Shown here one piece after another: positions 20,491 through 29,549 of a stretch of 45,693 nt of DNA; position 1 is the stretch's first letter, and every line of letters starts with the position of its first letter. This DNA comes from Candidatus Parcubacteria bacterium (GTDB lineage Bacteria > Patescibacteriota > Minisyncoccia > JAHIHE01 > JAGLIN01), in the NCBI GenBank assembly GCA_023140775.1, contig JAGLLA010000009.1, positions 1 through 45,693 of the forward strand, in the 5' to 3' direction. The position numbers and the translations under genes were made by a program. The notes under the pieces were generated by a model that saw nothing but the letters and a program-made list of their open reading frames with translations, ran no database searches and was not told where the DNA came from.

Positions 20491-22695
20491 ATGAGTAATG
20501 GTTCAACAATAAGAACAATGAAAGATGATCTTAATGACGTGACTAATAATAAAAATCAAAAAACGGAAGAGAAAAAAGTCATACAGGATACAAAAGAAAT
20601 TAGAAAGGCGAATAGTTTAAATATGCAGCCAGAAAAAAATAATCTTGGCAGTATGAAAAGTGTTAGTTTGGAAAAGCCAACAGAGAATATCTTGCAAAAA
20701 AATGACATCGCGAGAGATGAGTCAATTCTTCCTGACGATTCTATTATTAGGGATGATTGCCAGGCAAATAACTTTCAAGATGATCAGCTTGCTAGTCTTA
20801 TCAAAAAAGCAAAGAGCGATAAAGATAAGGATGCTGAGAATAAAGTTCAAAAAATCGTTGAAAGGGTGTCTCCGACTACAAATTATAATAAGATGGAAAT
20901 TGAAAGTATGTCTTTGAATGAAAGCAAAAACAGTGAAGATGATGAAAAACATGAATTATTAAAAAAAGTGATTGAAGATCAAAATATCGGAAGTGCGGAT
21001 ATTGGTGGTGGTAATATCGATGATCTAAAAAATTTAATAAGTAAGATCTCAAAGCCTTCGATCCCTTTGAAAAAGAATTCAATCAAAGCTGATCTGAAAA
21101 ACGAGAAAATATCCGTCAGAGAAAATACTGATGGCGATTTTGCGAAGAAAAGCGATGTAATTTCCGAAAAATCAAAAATTTCTGCAGTCTCGGATGCCAA
21201 ACGAATTGAGAAGGATGATAAAAAGAGAATAGATGCTGAGTCTATGGATAAGGTAAAAACAGCTAGTGCATTATCTCAAAATAATAATATTGTTTCAGAA
21301 CCCGCCATCAATAACGCAGGTGGAATCAAGCCAGATATTTCTTTGCCAAGAGCTACCGTAGAAAAAAAGGATGCCACATCCAACATCTTACCTCTGGACG
21401 ATAAAATTACTTCTGAGCCTATTAGTGCTGATAAAGTACAAAGTATTGCGACTGATTTATCGAAAGAAGATGCAGTCGTTAAAGTTGATAAGCAAAACAT
21501 TAAAGCAGATGAGGAAGATAATAAGAAATTTCAATGGAGCGATCTAGCAAAAAAGATAAATGGTGATATGAATAAGAATAAGATCGACCGAATAGATGAT
21601 ATAAAAAAAGAGTCTTCTCTGGCTGGCACAACAACCAAAGCAGCGGAAACATTGAAATCTGGGATATTGGACATTAAAAAAGATAATCAAAAAAAAGGTC
21701 AAAAAGAAAAGGATGATAAGTTTGACAAGGAGCAGTCTTTGAGCTCTTATAGTGAAAATTATATATCTCCAAACGAAAGATTGATACACGGAAAACAGGA
21801 ATTCTATAGTTCTGTCTCGAAAGTCATAAGGCACAAAGAAAAAAATGATGATATTAAGGCCTTAAAGGAGGACGAGAGAATTAAAAATGCCCAAAATAAT
21901 GTTCTTACGAAAGATGAGGAGTACAAAAAATTAAAAAAAGGGATTATACGGAAATATAATATTAAATTAACGACACTGCCATGGAAGAAGATTATACCTG
22001 TCGGAGCGTTGTTTATTGTTTTTGTGGGAGTAGCTGCGTTCTTGCTTTTCTCTCGAGAGAAAGTGGAACCTGTCGTTAAGCCGCCAGTTGTTATATCTGG
22101 AATTGAGATCGAAAAATTCTCTAATATGACAGAAATAACAATGGATGAACATAGTCTTAAGCTGGGTGATTCGAGCGAGGAGGCAAGTGAAGAGTTCAAC
22201 GAGAGCGTAAAAGTTGTAAAACTTAGGATTATTTATGACGGGGTTGATAATAATATGTTAATATTGGAGGATGCCTTAAGTACCATTCTAAAAAAAGATA
22301 GAAGCTATTTTTATGATGGATTTTTTGAGGCGACAACTGGAAATTATAATATATTTATATTTCAAACCGAAAAAAAGACTATGCGATACGGACTTGCCAT
22401 TCAAATAAAGGAGGATGGTTTAATGCAAGATATTATGAGACAATGGGAGGCTGATCGCACAAATGATAAAAGAATAATATCAGTTTTTGAAAAATTGTTC
22501 ATAGATGATGCAAATGGATATTACGGATATACTGAGTTTTCCTCTGTGGGAGTTATGGGAATAGAAATAAATTATGCTCACTTGAAGGGTAATAGGGATA
22601 CTGCACTAAATTATTTCATTCATGATAATATTTTGATTATCACAACATCTATGGATAGTAACTCAACAATGATCGATCTAGTGACATCAAATTAA
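20491..22695 (+). CDS. Bitopic membrane protein with ~500 aa charged, likely disordered N-terminus
   Basis: N-terminal IRTMKDDL; K/D/E/S/N-rich region; one TM near aa 502-520; globular-looking C-terminus. Confidence 0.85.
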   Translation: MSNGSTIRTMKDDLNDVTNNKNQKTEEKKVIQDTKEIRKANSLNMQPEKNNLGSMKSVSLEKPTENILQKNDIARDESILPDDSIIRDDCQANNFQDDQLASLIKKAKSDKDKDAENKVQKIVERVSPTTNYNKMEIESMSLNESKNSEDDEKHELLKKVIEDQNIGSADIGGGNIDDLKNLISKISKPSIPLKKNSIKADLKNEKISVRENTDGDFAKKSDVISEKSKISAVSDAKRIEKDDKKRIDAESMDKVKTASALSQNNNIVSEPAINNAGGIKPDISLPRATVEKKDATSNILPLDDKITSEPISADKVQSIATDLSKEDAVVKVDKQNIKADEEDNKKFQWSDLAKKINGDMNKNKIDRIDDIKKESSLAGTTTKAAETLKSGILDIKKDNQKKGQKEKDDKFDKEQSLSSYSENYISPNERLIHGKQEFYSSVSKVIRHKEKNDDIKALKEDERIKNAQNNVLTKDEEYKKLKKGIIRKYNIKLTTLPWKKIIPVGALFIVFVGVAAFLLFSREKVEPVVKPPVVISGIEIEKFSNMTEITMDEHSLKLGDSSEEASEEFNESVKVVKLRIIYDGVDNNMLILEDALSTILKKDRSYFYDGFFEATTGNYNIFIFQTEKKTMRYGLAIQIKEDGLMQDIMRQWEADRTNDKRIISVFEKLFIDDANGYYGYTEFSSVGVMGIEINYAHLKGNRDTALNYFIHDNILIITTSMDSNSTMIDLVTSN

Positions 22696-22730
22696 GAGAA
22701 TTGGTTTATAAAATATTTGATTTGTAAAAA

Positions 22731-24131
22731 ATGCTGAAAAAAGAACATCGAAGAAAAATTATCACATTTGTTTTGTTTGCTGTACTGATCGTTGGAATTT
22801 TTTATTTTAGATATGATATTGCAAAGAGAGATTATAATGCTGATATATTGATTAAGAATGCAACGATTTTAACCTTGAATGAACATTCAGAAATAATTTA
22901 TAATGGTTGGATTGTGATTCAAGGGGAGAAAATTATTGAAGTTGGCAAAGGGAAGCATGATTATAAATCAAAAAAAATAGTGGATGCCAAAGGGAAGGTT
23001 GTTATGCCAGGATTGGTCAATACGCACGCTCATGTTGCGATGGCTCCTTTCCGTGGGGTTGACGATGGATTAAATTTTTCGCAATGGATTTCAAATATAA
23101 ATAAATATGAACAAGTTGTCACAGAAGAGGATGTCTATTGGAGTTCACTCTTGGGAGAGGTCGAAATGATCAGGTCTGGAACGACAACGTATAATGATAT
23201 GTATTTTTATACAGAAAATATCATACAGTCAATTGAAAAAACTGGAATTAGAGCCGTAATTGATGTCCCGTTTGATTTGGAAAATAGTGATCTAAAAATA
23301 GAAGAGGATTTTCTGTTAAAGTATGACAGAATTTCTACGGTAACTTTTTCAATTGCGCCAAATCCACTAATTGAGTTTTCTGAAGAGAAGCTTAAAAAAA
23401 TAAAGAAGATCGTTGATGAAAATAACTTAATTGTGCACTTGCATATAGCAGAAGATTGGAGCGAAAGAAATCGTTTTGTGGAAAGATATAATAGAACGCC
23501 AATTGAAATGCTTTCTGATTCAGGACTTTTCAATAGCAAAATTGTTCTTGCTCATTCTGTGAATTTTACAGACGATGAAATTGATTACCTTTCAGAATAT
23601 AAAGATGTTGGAATATCATTTAATCCGAAAAGTAACTATAAGTTATTGGGATATACAGCGCCGATCAAAAGAATGATAGAAAAAAAGTTGACAATTGGAA
23701 TTGGAACGGATGGAGTGGGAAGTAGTAATAGTCTTGATATGTTCGATCAGATGAATTTTATCGCTTTTGTCAGCAAGGGGTGTCAAGAAGAAGGAAGTTT
23801 TTGTGATGATCAATCGGGCATTGATCCTGAAAAAATAATTCGCATGGCCACGATCGATGGCGCAGAGTCTCTTGGTCTTGAAAATGAAATTGGTTCAATT
23901 GAAGAAGGGAAGAAAGCAGATTTAATTTTCGTGGATTTTTCAAGAATTGGTTTGACTCCTTCTTATAATATTTATTCAAGTTTAGTATATAATACAGATG
24001 GTAGTGATGTAACAGATTCCATTATCAACGGAAAGATCATCATGGAAAATAAGAAAATATCAAGAGTTGATGAAATTTATATCGTCAAAAAGGTTGGAGA
24101 TATTTTTGAGAAAATAAAGAACTTGCAATAG
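22731..24131 (+). CDS. Amidohydrolase (MtaD/AtzA-like deaminase family) with N-terminal TM anchor
   Basis: PGLVNTHAH, SGTTT, HLHIAE, LAHSV, NPKSNYKL, IGTDG, GSIEEGKKADLI. Confidence 0.92.
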   Translation: MLKKEHRRKIITFVLFAVLIVGIFYFRYDIAKRDYNADILIKNATILTLNEHSEIIYNGWIVIQGEKIIEVGKGKHDYKSKKIVDAKGKVVMPGLVNTHAHVAMAPFRGVDDGLNFSQWISNINKYEQVVTEEDVYWSSLLGEVEMIRSGTTTYNDMYFYTENIIQSIEKTGIRAVIDVPFDLENSDLKIEEDFLLKYDRISTVTFSIAPNPLIEFSEEKLKKIKKIVDENNLIVHLHIAEDWSERNRFVERYNRTPIEMLSDSGLFNSKIVLAHSVNFTDDEIDYLSEYKDVGISFNPKSNYKLLGYTAPIKRMIEKKLTIGIGTDGVGSSNSLDMFDQMNFIAFVSKGCQEEGSFCDDQSGIDPEKIIRMATIDGAESLGLENEIGSIEEGKKADLIFVDFSRIGLTPSYNIYSSLVYNTDGSDVTDSIINGKIIMENKKISRVDEIYIVKKVGDIFEKIKNLQ

Positions 24132-24158
24132 TATTAAATAATTATTAATAAAACAAAT

Positions 24159-24473
24159 ATGAACAAGAATAAAGTTTTACCAATTGTAGGGTTGTTATTG
24201 TTGTTGGGGTCTATAGTAATGGCGTTATATTTTAAAAATGTGGAAAGAAGAATAATTAAAGAAGATAATAATGCTCAGCCAAAGATTGAAGAAAAAGTTG
24301 AGATAATCAGTGAAGATGTTGAAACCAAGATAGACCCAGAGAATGATTTAAATGACGAAATGGTTTTAGAAATAGAAGAAATTGAAACATTAGATCAAGA
24401 TTTGATGGATTTGGAAAATCTGATTAATGATTCAATCTTGAGCGATATTGATTCAGATTTGAGTAATTTCTAA
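24159..24473 (+). CDS. Small membrane-anchored acidic protein
   Basis: N-terminal TM followed by a D/E-rich helical region. Confidence 0.75.
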   Translation: MNKNKVLPIVGLLLLLGSIVMALYFKNVERRIIKEDNNAQPKIEEKVEIISEDVETKIDPENDLNDEMVLEIEEIETLDQDLMDLENLINDSILSDIDSDLSNF

Positions 24474-24496
24474 TAATTTATTAACAATCAATAATT

Positions 24497-25483
24497 ATGA
24501 AAAAAATAATATTTCTATTTATCTCACTTTGTTTTGTATTTAGTTTTAATGTTAATTTTGCTTCAGCCTCGCAAGTGGTTGTCTCTGAAGATGGTTCTCT
24601 TTTAAATCGAAATAATAAATTGCAGAGAAGCTATGAAGAATCAAAAAACGATTTTCAAGATTCAGTGCAGAAATATAAAGAGACCAAGAAAAATTTTTCA
24701 GATGCAAAGACAAGATTTCAGAACAAAAGAGACGATGTGAGTAGGAGAGAACTAAAGAAGGGGTCTTTTAACTATTTCGACAAAATTGGTGTAGTTATGA
24801 TAAAATATTTAGAGTCACTTGAAAATAAAATTCAGAATATTAAATTTGTTTCTGAGGATGTAAAAAATGAGATGATTGGAAAAATAAGTGAAAATAGAAG
24901 TATAATCGAAAAAGAGATAGAGAAGATCAAGGCTGTTGAAACGATTGAAGATCAAAGAGTATTGGTAAGAGAATTAAAGTCTCAATGGAAAGATATTCGA
25001 GCTTCAACAAAAAACATAACAGGTCAAATAATTTCTGCCAAGATCGATGTCTTCATTTCAAAAATGAAAAAAGTCTCAGAGGAATTTCAAGTGAAGGTAG
25101 GTGCAATGGAAAACGGAGAAAGGAAAGATCTATTGCAAGCGAAAGTTGAAAAATTTGATGAAAAAATTGAGTTGGCAGAATCTCAAAATCAATTAGCTCA
25201 GGGAAAATTTTTAGAAATAAATAACGCTGATCAGAAAAATGATTTATTTAAGGAAGGGCTAAAATTTGTTCGTAGCGCGCATCAATATATCAAAGAAGCT
25301 CACAAAGAACTTATAGGTATTGCACAAGAGATCAGAGAAGAAAAAAAGAGCGACGAGGAAGATAATAGTTCTGCAGATGAAGAAACTAGTGCTATAGAGA
25401 CAGATGACAACTTAAGTGATGAAGATGATAACGAAAGTGAAGAAAGTGACGTTGAAGAAGAGGAAGAAGATGATCTTGAATAA
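24497..25483 (+). CDS. Secreted coiled-coil protein with acidic C-terminal tail
   Basis: Signal peptide MKKIIFL..FASA; heptad-like K/E-rich helices; ~45 aa D/E/S tail. Confidence 0.82.
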   Translation: MKKIIFLFISLCFVFSFNVNFASASQVVVSEDGSLLNRNNKLQRSYEESKNDFQDSVQKYKETKKNFSDAKTRFQNKRDDVSRRELKKGSFNYFDKIGVVMIKYLESLENKIQNIKFVSEDVKNEMIGKISENRSIIEKEIEKIKAVETIEDQRVLVRELKSQWKDIRASTKNITGQIISAKIDVFISKMKKVSEEFQVKVGAMENGERKDLLQAKVEKFDEKIELAESQNQLAQGKFLEINNADQKNDLFKEGLKFVRSAHQYIKEAHKELIGIAQEIREEKKSDEEDNSSADEETSAIETDDNLSDEDDNESEESDVEEEEEDDLE

Positions 25484-25497
25484 ATTCTATTAAAAGT

Positions 25498-25530
25498 AAA
25501 AGACATCTATGTTCATGTAGATGTCTTTTT
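25498..25530 (+). terminator. Intrinsic terminator
   Basis: AAAAGACATCTA-tgttcatg-TAGATGTCTTTTT. Confidence 0.8.
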
Positions 25531-25595
25531 GTTTGATAGTTATAAATATTTCGACTTTGCAAATCTTATTTTTATGATAGACTTATAAAGTTCCA

Positions 25596-25799
25596 GAAGG
25601 GTGACTGAGTGGTTGCCAGCCCGAGGCTGGTCCCCTCCAGAGGCGGGCTAACGCCGGGGCGGAAAAGTGCCCCACTTAATTTTTTCAATATCGATATAAC
25701 AATTATGGAAGGGTGACTGAGTGGTTGCCAGCCCGAGGCTGGTCCGCCGGGGCGGAAAAGTGCCCCACTTAATTTTTTCAATATCGATATAACAATTAT
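25596..25799 (+). repeat. Two tandem units (112 and 93 bp), each a 5' fragment of tRNA-Ser interrupted by GC-rich hairpins plus a shared spacer
   Basis: GAAGGGTGACTGAGTGGTTG-[insert]-AAAGTGC-CCCACTTAATTTTTTCAATATCGATATAACAATTATG occurs twice. Confidence 0.92.
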
Positions 25800-25886
25800 G
25801 GAAGGGTGACTGAGTGGTTGAAAGTGCTGCTCTCGAAAAGCAGTGTCCTAGCAATGGGACCGCGGGTTCGAATCCCGCCCCTTCCG
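25800..25886 (+). tRNA. tRNA-Ser(CGA), CCA not encoded
   Basis: GGAAGGG/CCCTTCC-G acceptor; CTGCT-CTCGAAA-AGCAG; long variable arm; GGTTCGAATCC. Confidence 0.96.
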
Positions 25887-26060
25887 CAAATCAAAAATGC
25901 CGTAAAGCATTTTTTATGAAGAAAGGGATTTGAACTGGGAAGGGGTCGGGAAACGGTAGTTTCCCGTGGCGGAAATACTAAAACCGAGGGGTTTTAGAGA
26001 ATAATTTGTGATTAAATAGGTTATGATGTTCGATTTCCCGCCCCTTCCGCAAATCAAAAA
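25866..26060 (+). mobile_element. Miniature tRNA-associated element bounded by a duplication of the tRNA-Ser 3' end
   Basis: GTTCGA(A/TT)TCCCGCCCCTTCCGCAAATCAAAAA at about 25866 and 26028; internal hairpins. Confidence 0.6.
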
Positions 26061-26084
26061 AACGAGGCATCCCCTCGTTTTTTT
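26056..26084. terminator. Bidirectional intrinsic terminator
   Basis: AAAAAAACGAGG-catcc-CCTCGTTTTTTT. Confidence 0.85.
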
Positions 26085-26110
26085 ATGGAAATTATAGAAT
26101 GATTTGTAAT

Positions 26111-26881
26111 TTACTCTGGCAAATTTTTTCCATCAAGCTCGGTCCAGATGAAATCGAACATAAATTTTACAAGGGAATGTATTGCTTCATTTTTGATTAA
26201 AATCGAAGAATAAGGTTTTTGCAAAGAAATGAGGGCGATTTTGTCGTCAAATAGGATCATTCCTGATTTAAAATTTTCAACAGCTGATGTAAATCGAATT
26301 TCGCGAAAATCGGTATCTTCTTCGCGATAGAATTTTTTATTTTGTTTATGGTAATCGGTGATGATATAAGCCATCGTTCCTCCAATCTGGCGTCTTTTTT
26401 TTGTTACATCAGTTAGAATCCTTGATAATCCAAGATGCTTATAGATTGATCCAGGAAAAATAACAAACATATCTTTTCGACTTTTTACCAAAACATCGAC
26501 AATATTCCAAATACCTTCAATACCTTGAAAATGGAGTATTTCTTCCTTAGGATCCGCTGTTTTGTTTTTCAGGATTCTTTCAAGTTGCGGTAAGAATTCT
26601 TTGATTCGCTGTTCTTCTTTTTCAATTTCCTTTTTCTTTGTTTCGGCAATTTTGAGTAACTTGGAAGGTTTCTGGGCAAAAAAGATTTTTTTATTTTTTT
26701 GGATTATTTCTCCGACCAAACCTATTTGTTTCAGTCTTTCCAGGACTAGATAGGTCGTCGTTCGCTTGATACCAGTTTCGTTTGCGATGCTTTGCGCAGA
26801 AACGGAGCCCAGCTTGAGAATGGCAAGGTATATTTTGATTTCTTTTTCTTTGAGACCAATTTGTTTAAGGCTTTTAAGCAT
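26111..26881 (-). CDS. TrmB-family transcriptional regulator (wHTH + effector-binding-like domain)
   Basis: GLKEKEIKIYLAILKLG..IA.ETGIKRTTTYLVLERLKQIGLV; FQGIEGI; LFDDKIALIS. Confidence 0.9.
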   Translation of the reverse strand: MLKSLKQIGLKEKEIKIYLAILKLGSVSAQSIANETGIKRTTTYLVLERLKQIGLVGEIIQKNKKIFFAQKPSKLLKIAETKKKEIEKEEQRIKEFLPQLERILKNKTADPKEEILHFQGIEGIWNIVDVLVKSRKDMFVIFPGSIYKHLGLSRILTDVTKKRRQIGGTMAYIITDYHKQNKKFYREEDTDFREIRFTSAVENFKSGMILFDDKIALISLQKPYSSILIKNEAIHSLVKFMFDFIWTELDGKNLPE

Positions 26882-26977
26882 ATGTTTATTAATAAATTGT
26901 TTTTAAAAAATGACAACAAAAGTTATGTACGTTAATTGCTTACATTAGCCACGATACAGAGTATGCAATTTAAATAT

Positions 26978-27028
26978 ATATTATCATATCTAAGCAGTAT
27001 AGACAAGTAATACTTTTTTATATAAGCT
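26978..27028. promoter_or_regulatory. Divergent sigma70-type promoters with overlapping -35 boxes
   Basis: Minus: TTGTCT-N17-TAATAT (extended TG); plus: TAGACA-N17-TAAGCT. Confidence 0.5.
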
Positions 27029-27082
27029 TAATAAGCAAAATGATCTTTTACAATTGAATTGAGAAAGAGGATGTGAAGGGAA

Positions 27083-27163
27083 ATGGAAAAAGATGAGATA
27101 GTCGAAGCTGAGTTAAAGTTTGAAAAATTGAAACAAAGAATGAAATCTAAATTAGAGAGATAG
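27083..27163 (+). CDS. Possible 26 aa helical microprotein
   Basis: GAAGGGA before ATG; MEKDEIVEAELKFEKLKQRMKSKLER. Confidence 0.4.
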   Translation: MEKDEIVEAELKFEKLKQRMKSKLER

Positions 27164-27189
27164 CAATAAACAAATAGGGAGAGATAAAG

Positions 27190-27702
27190 ATGGTTGAAAA
27201 TAAAACAGAAATAAATTCCGAAAGAGCGGAGAAATGGATCGATGCGATAACGAAAATCATAAGTTATTCTTTGATAGAATCTGACGAAGAATCTGACGAA
27301 GAATCTGACGAAGAATCTGACGAAGATAGTTTCAGAGATTTTATAATAGAAATAAGAGAAGGAAATCTAGAAGAAGCATTTATGTTGCTACCTTTGATTG
27401 TTTATCGTACTTGCGATAATGAGGAGCTTGTTGAAATATATTCGCGTGTATTTATCGATGTGCTAAGAGAAAGTGAAACAGCTGAAGGAGTTATTGATGA
27501 TGTAGCAGAGGCAATAGAGAGGGAAATTTATTCAGGAGAGTTCTACCCAGAGCAAGCTCAGGCATGGTTTTTTTTGCAGTGTCTAAAAGGTATGTCGCTT
27601 GAATCTGTAAGAAAAGACAAGGTAATAGAACGATATAGAAAAGCATTACCACATCACATCAAGATAGAAGATATTGAAAAGGATGCTGACGATGAAGTAT
27701 AA
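27190..27702 (+). CDS. Acidic hypothetical protein
   Basis: SD GGGAG; 170 aa ORF with internal (ESDE)4 repeat; terminator downstream. Confidence 0.8.
   Translation: MVENKTEINSERAEKWIDAITKIISYSLIESDEESDEESDEESDEDSFRDFIIEIREGNLEEAFMLLPLIVYRTCDNEELVEIYSRVFIDVLRESETAEGVIDDVAEAIEREIYSGEFYPEQAQAWFFLQCLKGMSLESVRKDKVIERYRKALPHHIKIEDIEKDADDEV
27277..27324 (+). repeat. In-frame 12 bp tandem repeat x4
   Basis: (GAATCTGACGAA)4, perfect copies. Confidence 0.97.
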
Positions 27703-27724
27703 TATTAAGAAATAAATTAACATA

Positions 27725-27755
27725 AAAGCTTATTTAAATAATTTAAATAAGCTTT
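27725..27755. terminator. AT-rich hairpin between convergent genes
   Basis: AAAGCTTATTTAAAT-a-ATTTAAATAAGCTTT followed by a T run. Confidence 0.65.
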
Positions 27756-27790
27756 ATTTTTTTGCATTAAATTATGAAATCCATTTGATT

Positions 27791-28552
27791 CTATTTCGGC
27801 AAATTCTTTCCTCTGAGTTCTCGCCAGAGGGAGTCGAACATAAACTTGAAGACACTAAAAAATTCTTGGTTGTCGATAATCAAACCGTAATATGGTTTTT
27901 TGAGGAAAAGGAGAGCGACTTTGTTGCCATAAAGAAAAATTGCGGTGTCGAGGTCTTTGAGCTCGGGTAAAAATCTATATTCTCTAATATCTGTCTCCTC
28001 AAGGCGCCATAGTCTAACTTCTTCCTTGTGATGATCGGCAATTACATAGCCCTTGTTGCCAATCTCTCTTCTTTTTTGTATGATTTTTTTCATCATCACT
28101 TTCTTTCCATAAATGTCAAAAAACTTTCCTGGCACGACCATCCACGATGTTTCTCCCGATTCAATCATATCTCCGAGAATTTTCCACATGTTTTCCTTGC
28201 CTTCGTAATATCGGACCAAAGGCATAGTAGAATTCTTTTTTCCGAGAGCTTCGAATTGGGGCAGTTGAGAAATGATCTCATCTTCTTGCTCGTTGATGGT
28301 TTGTTTTTCAAGCTCGATTAATTTGAGAAGTTTTTCAGGATTTTGAGCAATGACGGTTTGCTTTCCCTTATCTTCACTCAAGGAAATGAGTCCTTTTTCC
28401 TTGAGATTTTCGATAATAGCATAGGCATTCGATCTTTTTATTTTCGCCTTTTGTGCAATGGAACTAATTGGCGCACTACCCATTTTCAAAATTGCCAGAT
28501 AGATATCCGCCTCTTTTTTGGAAAAATTTAGTTGTTGGAGAATTTGTTGCAT
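27791..28552 (-). CDS. TrmB-family transcriptional regulator, paralogue 2
   Basis: MQQILQQLNFSKKEADIYLAILKMG..IKRSNAY; YYEGKE; LYGNKVAL; ends ELRGKNLPK. Confidence 0.9.
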   Translation of the reverse strand: MQQILQQLNFSKKEADIYLAILKMGSAPISSIAQKAKIKRSNAYAIIENLKEKGLISLSEDKGKQTVIAQNPEKLLKLIELEKQTINEQEDEIISQLPQFEALGKKNSTMPLVRYYEGKENMWKILGDMIESGETSWMVVPGKFFDIYGKKVMMKKIIQKRREIGNKGYVIADHHKEEVRLWRLEETDIREYRFLPELKDLDTAIFLYGNKVALLFLKKPYYGLIIDNQEFFSVFKFMFDSLWRELRGKNLPK

Positions 28553-28576
28553 ATTGTATAAATTAATTTTCTGCAA

Positions 28577-28702
28577 TTCCCCCCGATAAGGGGGTTTGAA
28601 TGTAGATTATGAGGTAAATTAAAAAGAATTATTAATTAAATCTTATTGTAGGCTTAATGATGCTTTAAGCCCACCCCAACACTCCCTTATCGGGGAGGGA
28701 GT
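28577..28702. repeat. Inverted pair of CCCCTTATC-type palindromic repeats
   Basis: TTCCCCCCGATAAGGGGG ... CCCCAACACTCCCTTATCGGGGAGGGAG. Confidence 0.65.
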
Positions 28703-28711
28703 TAATAAATC

Positions 28712-29473
28712 CTATTTTGGCAGATTATTTCCATCTAATTCTTTCCAAAGCGATTGAAACATAAATTTCATCACAGTCACAAGCTCTGTATTTTCGATCA
28801 TTAATCCACTCAGAGGTTCTTTGAAAAAGATCAAAGATACTTTGTCACCATAGATATAAATTGTTGAATCAATTTTGATGTTTTCAGGAGCAAAGCGAAT
28901 TTCACGCGCATCGGTCTCATTTATTCTCCACAATTTTTCCATTATGGGATGGTGGTCGGTGATAAGAAAGCCTTTTGTTTTTGTTTCAGATCGTTTTTCA
29001 ATTACTTCTTTCATCATGCGGTCGATTCCAAAGACATCATAAATTTTTCCTGGTACGATAATCCAAGCTGTTTCTTTTGAAGCGATGAGGTCATTGACGA
29101 TATTAAAAACTCCCTCTTTTTCTTCAAAATATTGAACAGTAGGTGCTTTTATATTTTTTTGAAATAGTTTTTGCAGTTCAGGTAGTGATTTTTGAATTAA
29201 TTTCTTCTTCTTCGCGATTTTCTTTTTTTTCTGATTAATAAGATCAAGAAGTTGATCAGGATGTTCACAAACAAAAACTTGCTTGTTATCCCTTTTTTCA
29301 AGGGAAATTAGCCCCATTTCGCATAATTTTTCCAAAATAACATAAGTTGTTGGTCTTTTGATTCTCGCCTGTTTAGCAAGCTTGCTGATTGAACCGCTTT
29401 GCAATTTCAAAGCCGAGAGATAAATATCAATCTCTTTTTCAGAAAAATTTAGTTTTTGTAATATTTCTCGCAT
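28712..29473 (-). CDS. TrmB-family transcriptional regulator, paralogue 3
   Basis: MREILQKLNFSEKEIDIYLSALKL..IKRPTTY; IYGDKVSL; ends ELDGNNLPK; start set by alignment with the paralogues. Confidence 0.9.
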   Translation of the reverse strand: MREILQKLNFSEKEIDIYLSALKLQSGSISKLAKQARIKRPTTYVILEKLCEMGLISLEKRDNKQVFVCEHPDQLLDLINQKKKKIAKKKKLIQKSLPELQKLFQKNIKAPTVQYFEEKEGVFNIVNDLIASKETAWIIVPGKIYDVFGIDRMMKEVIEKRSETKTKGFLITDHHPIMEKLWRINETDAREIRFAPENIKIDSTIYIYGDKVSLIFFKEPLSGLMIENTELVTVMKFMFQSLWKELDGNNLPK

Positions 29474-29524
29474 AAAGTTAAATTTAGTCTCGTAATATAT
29501 TTGGCCTTCTCGATTTCCTCTGAG

Positions 29525-29549
29525 TTCCCCCTGATAAGGGGGTTGGGGG
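29525..29549. repeat. Third CCCCTTATC-type palindromic repeat
   Basis: TTCCCCCTGATAAGGGGGTTGGGGG. Confidence 0.65.

Noticed and set aside
25596..25826. CRISPR-like array (three ~20 bp repeats)
   Set aside because: The repeats are the tRNA-Ser 5' end, the spacers are near-identical, and no cas genes are present.
25572..25854. 69 and 68 aa minus-strand ORFs with internal repeats
   Set aside because: Antisense readings of the tRNA-fragment tandem repeat.
27715..27742. dif-like site (AATTAACATAA)
   Set aside because: The second arm does not fit a 6 bp spacer; better explained as the flank of a terminator hairpin.
27785..27970. 61 aa plus-strand ORF and the many other short ORFs nested antisense in long genes
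   Set aside because: Shadow frames of well-supported genes with no independent motifs.
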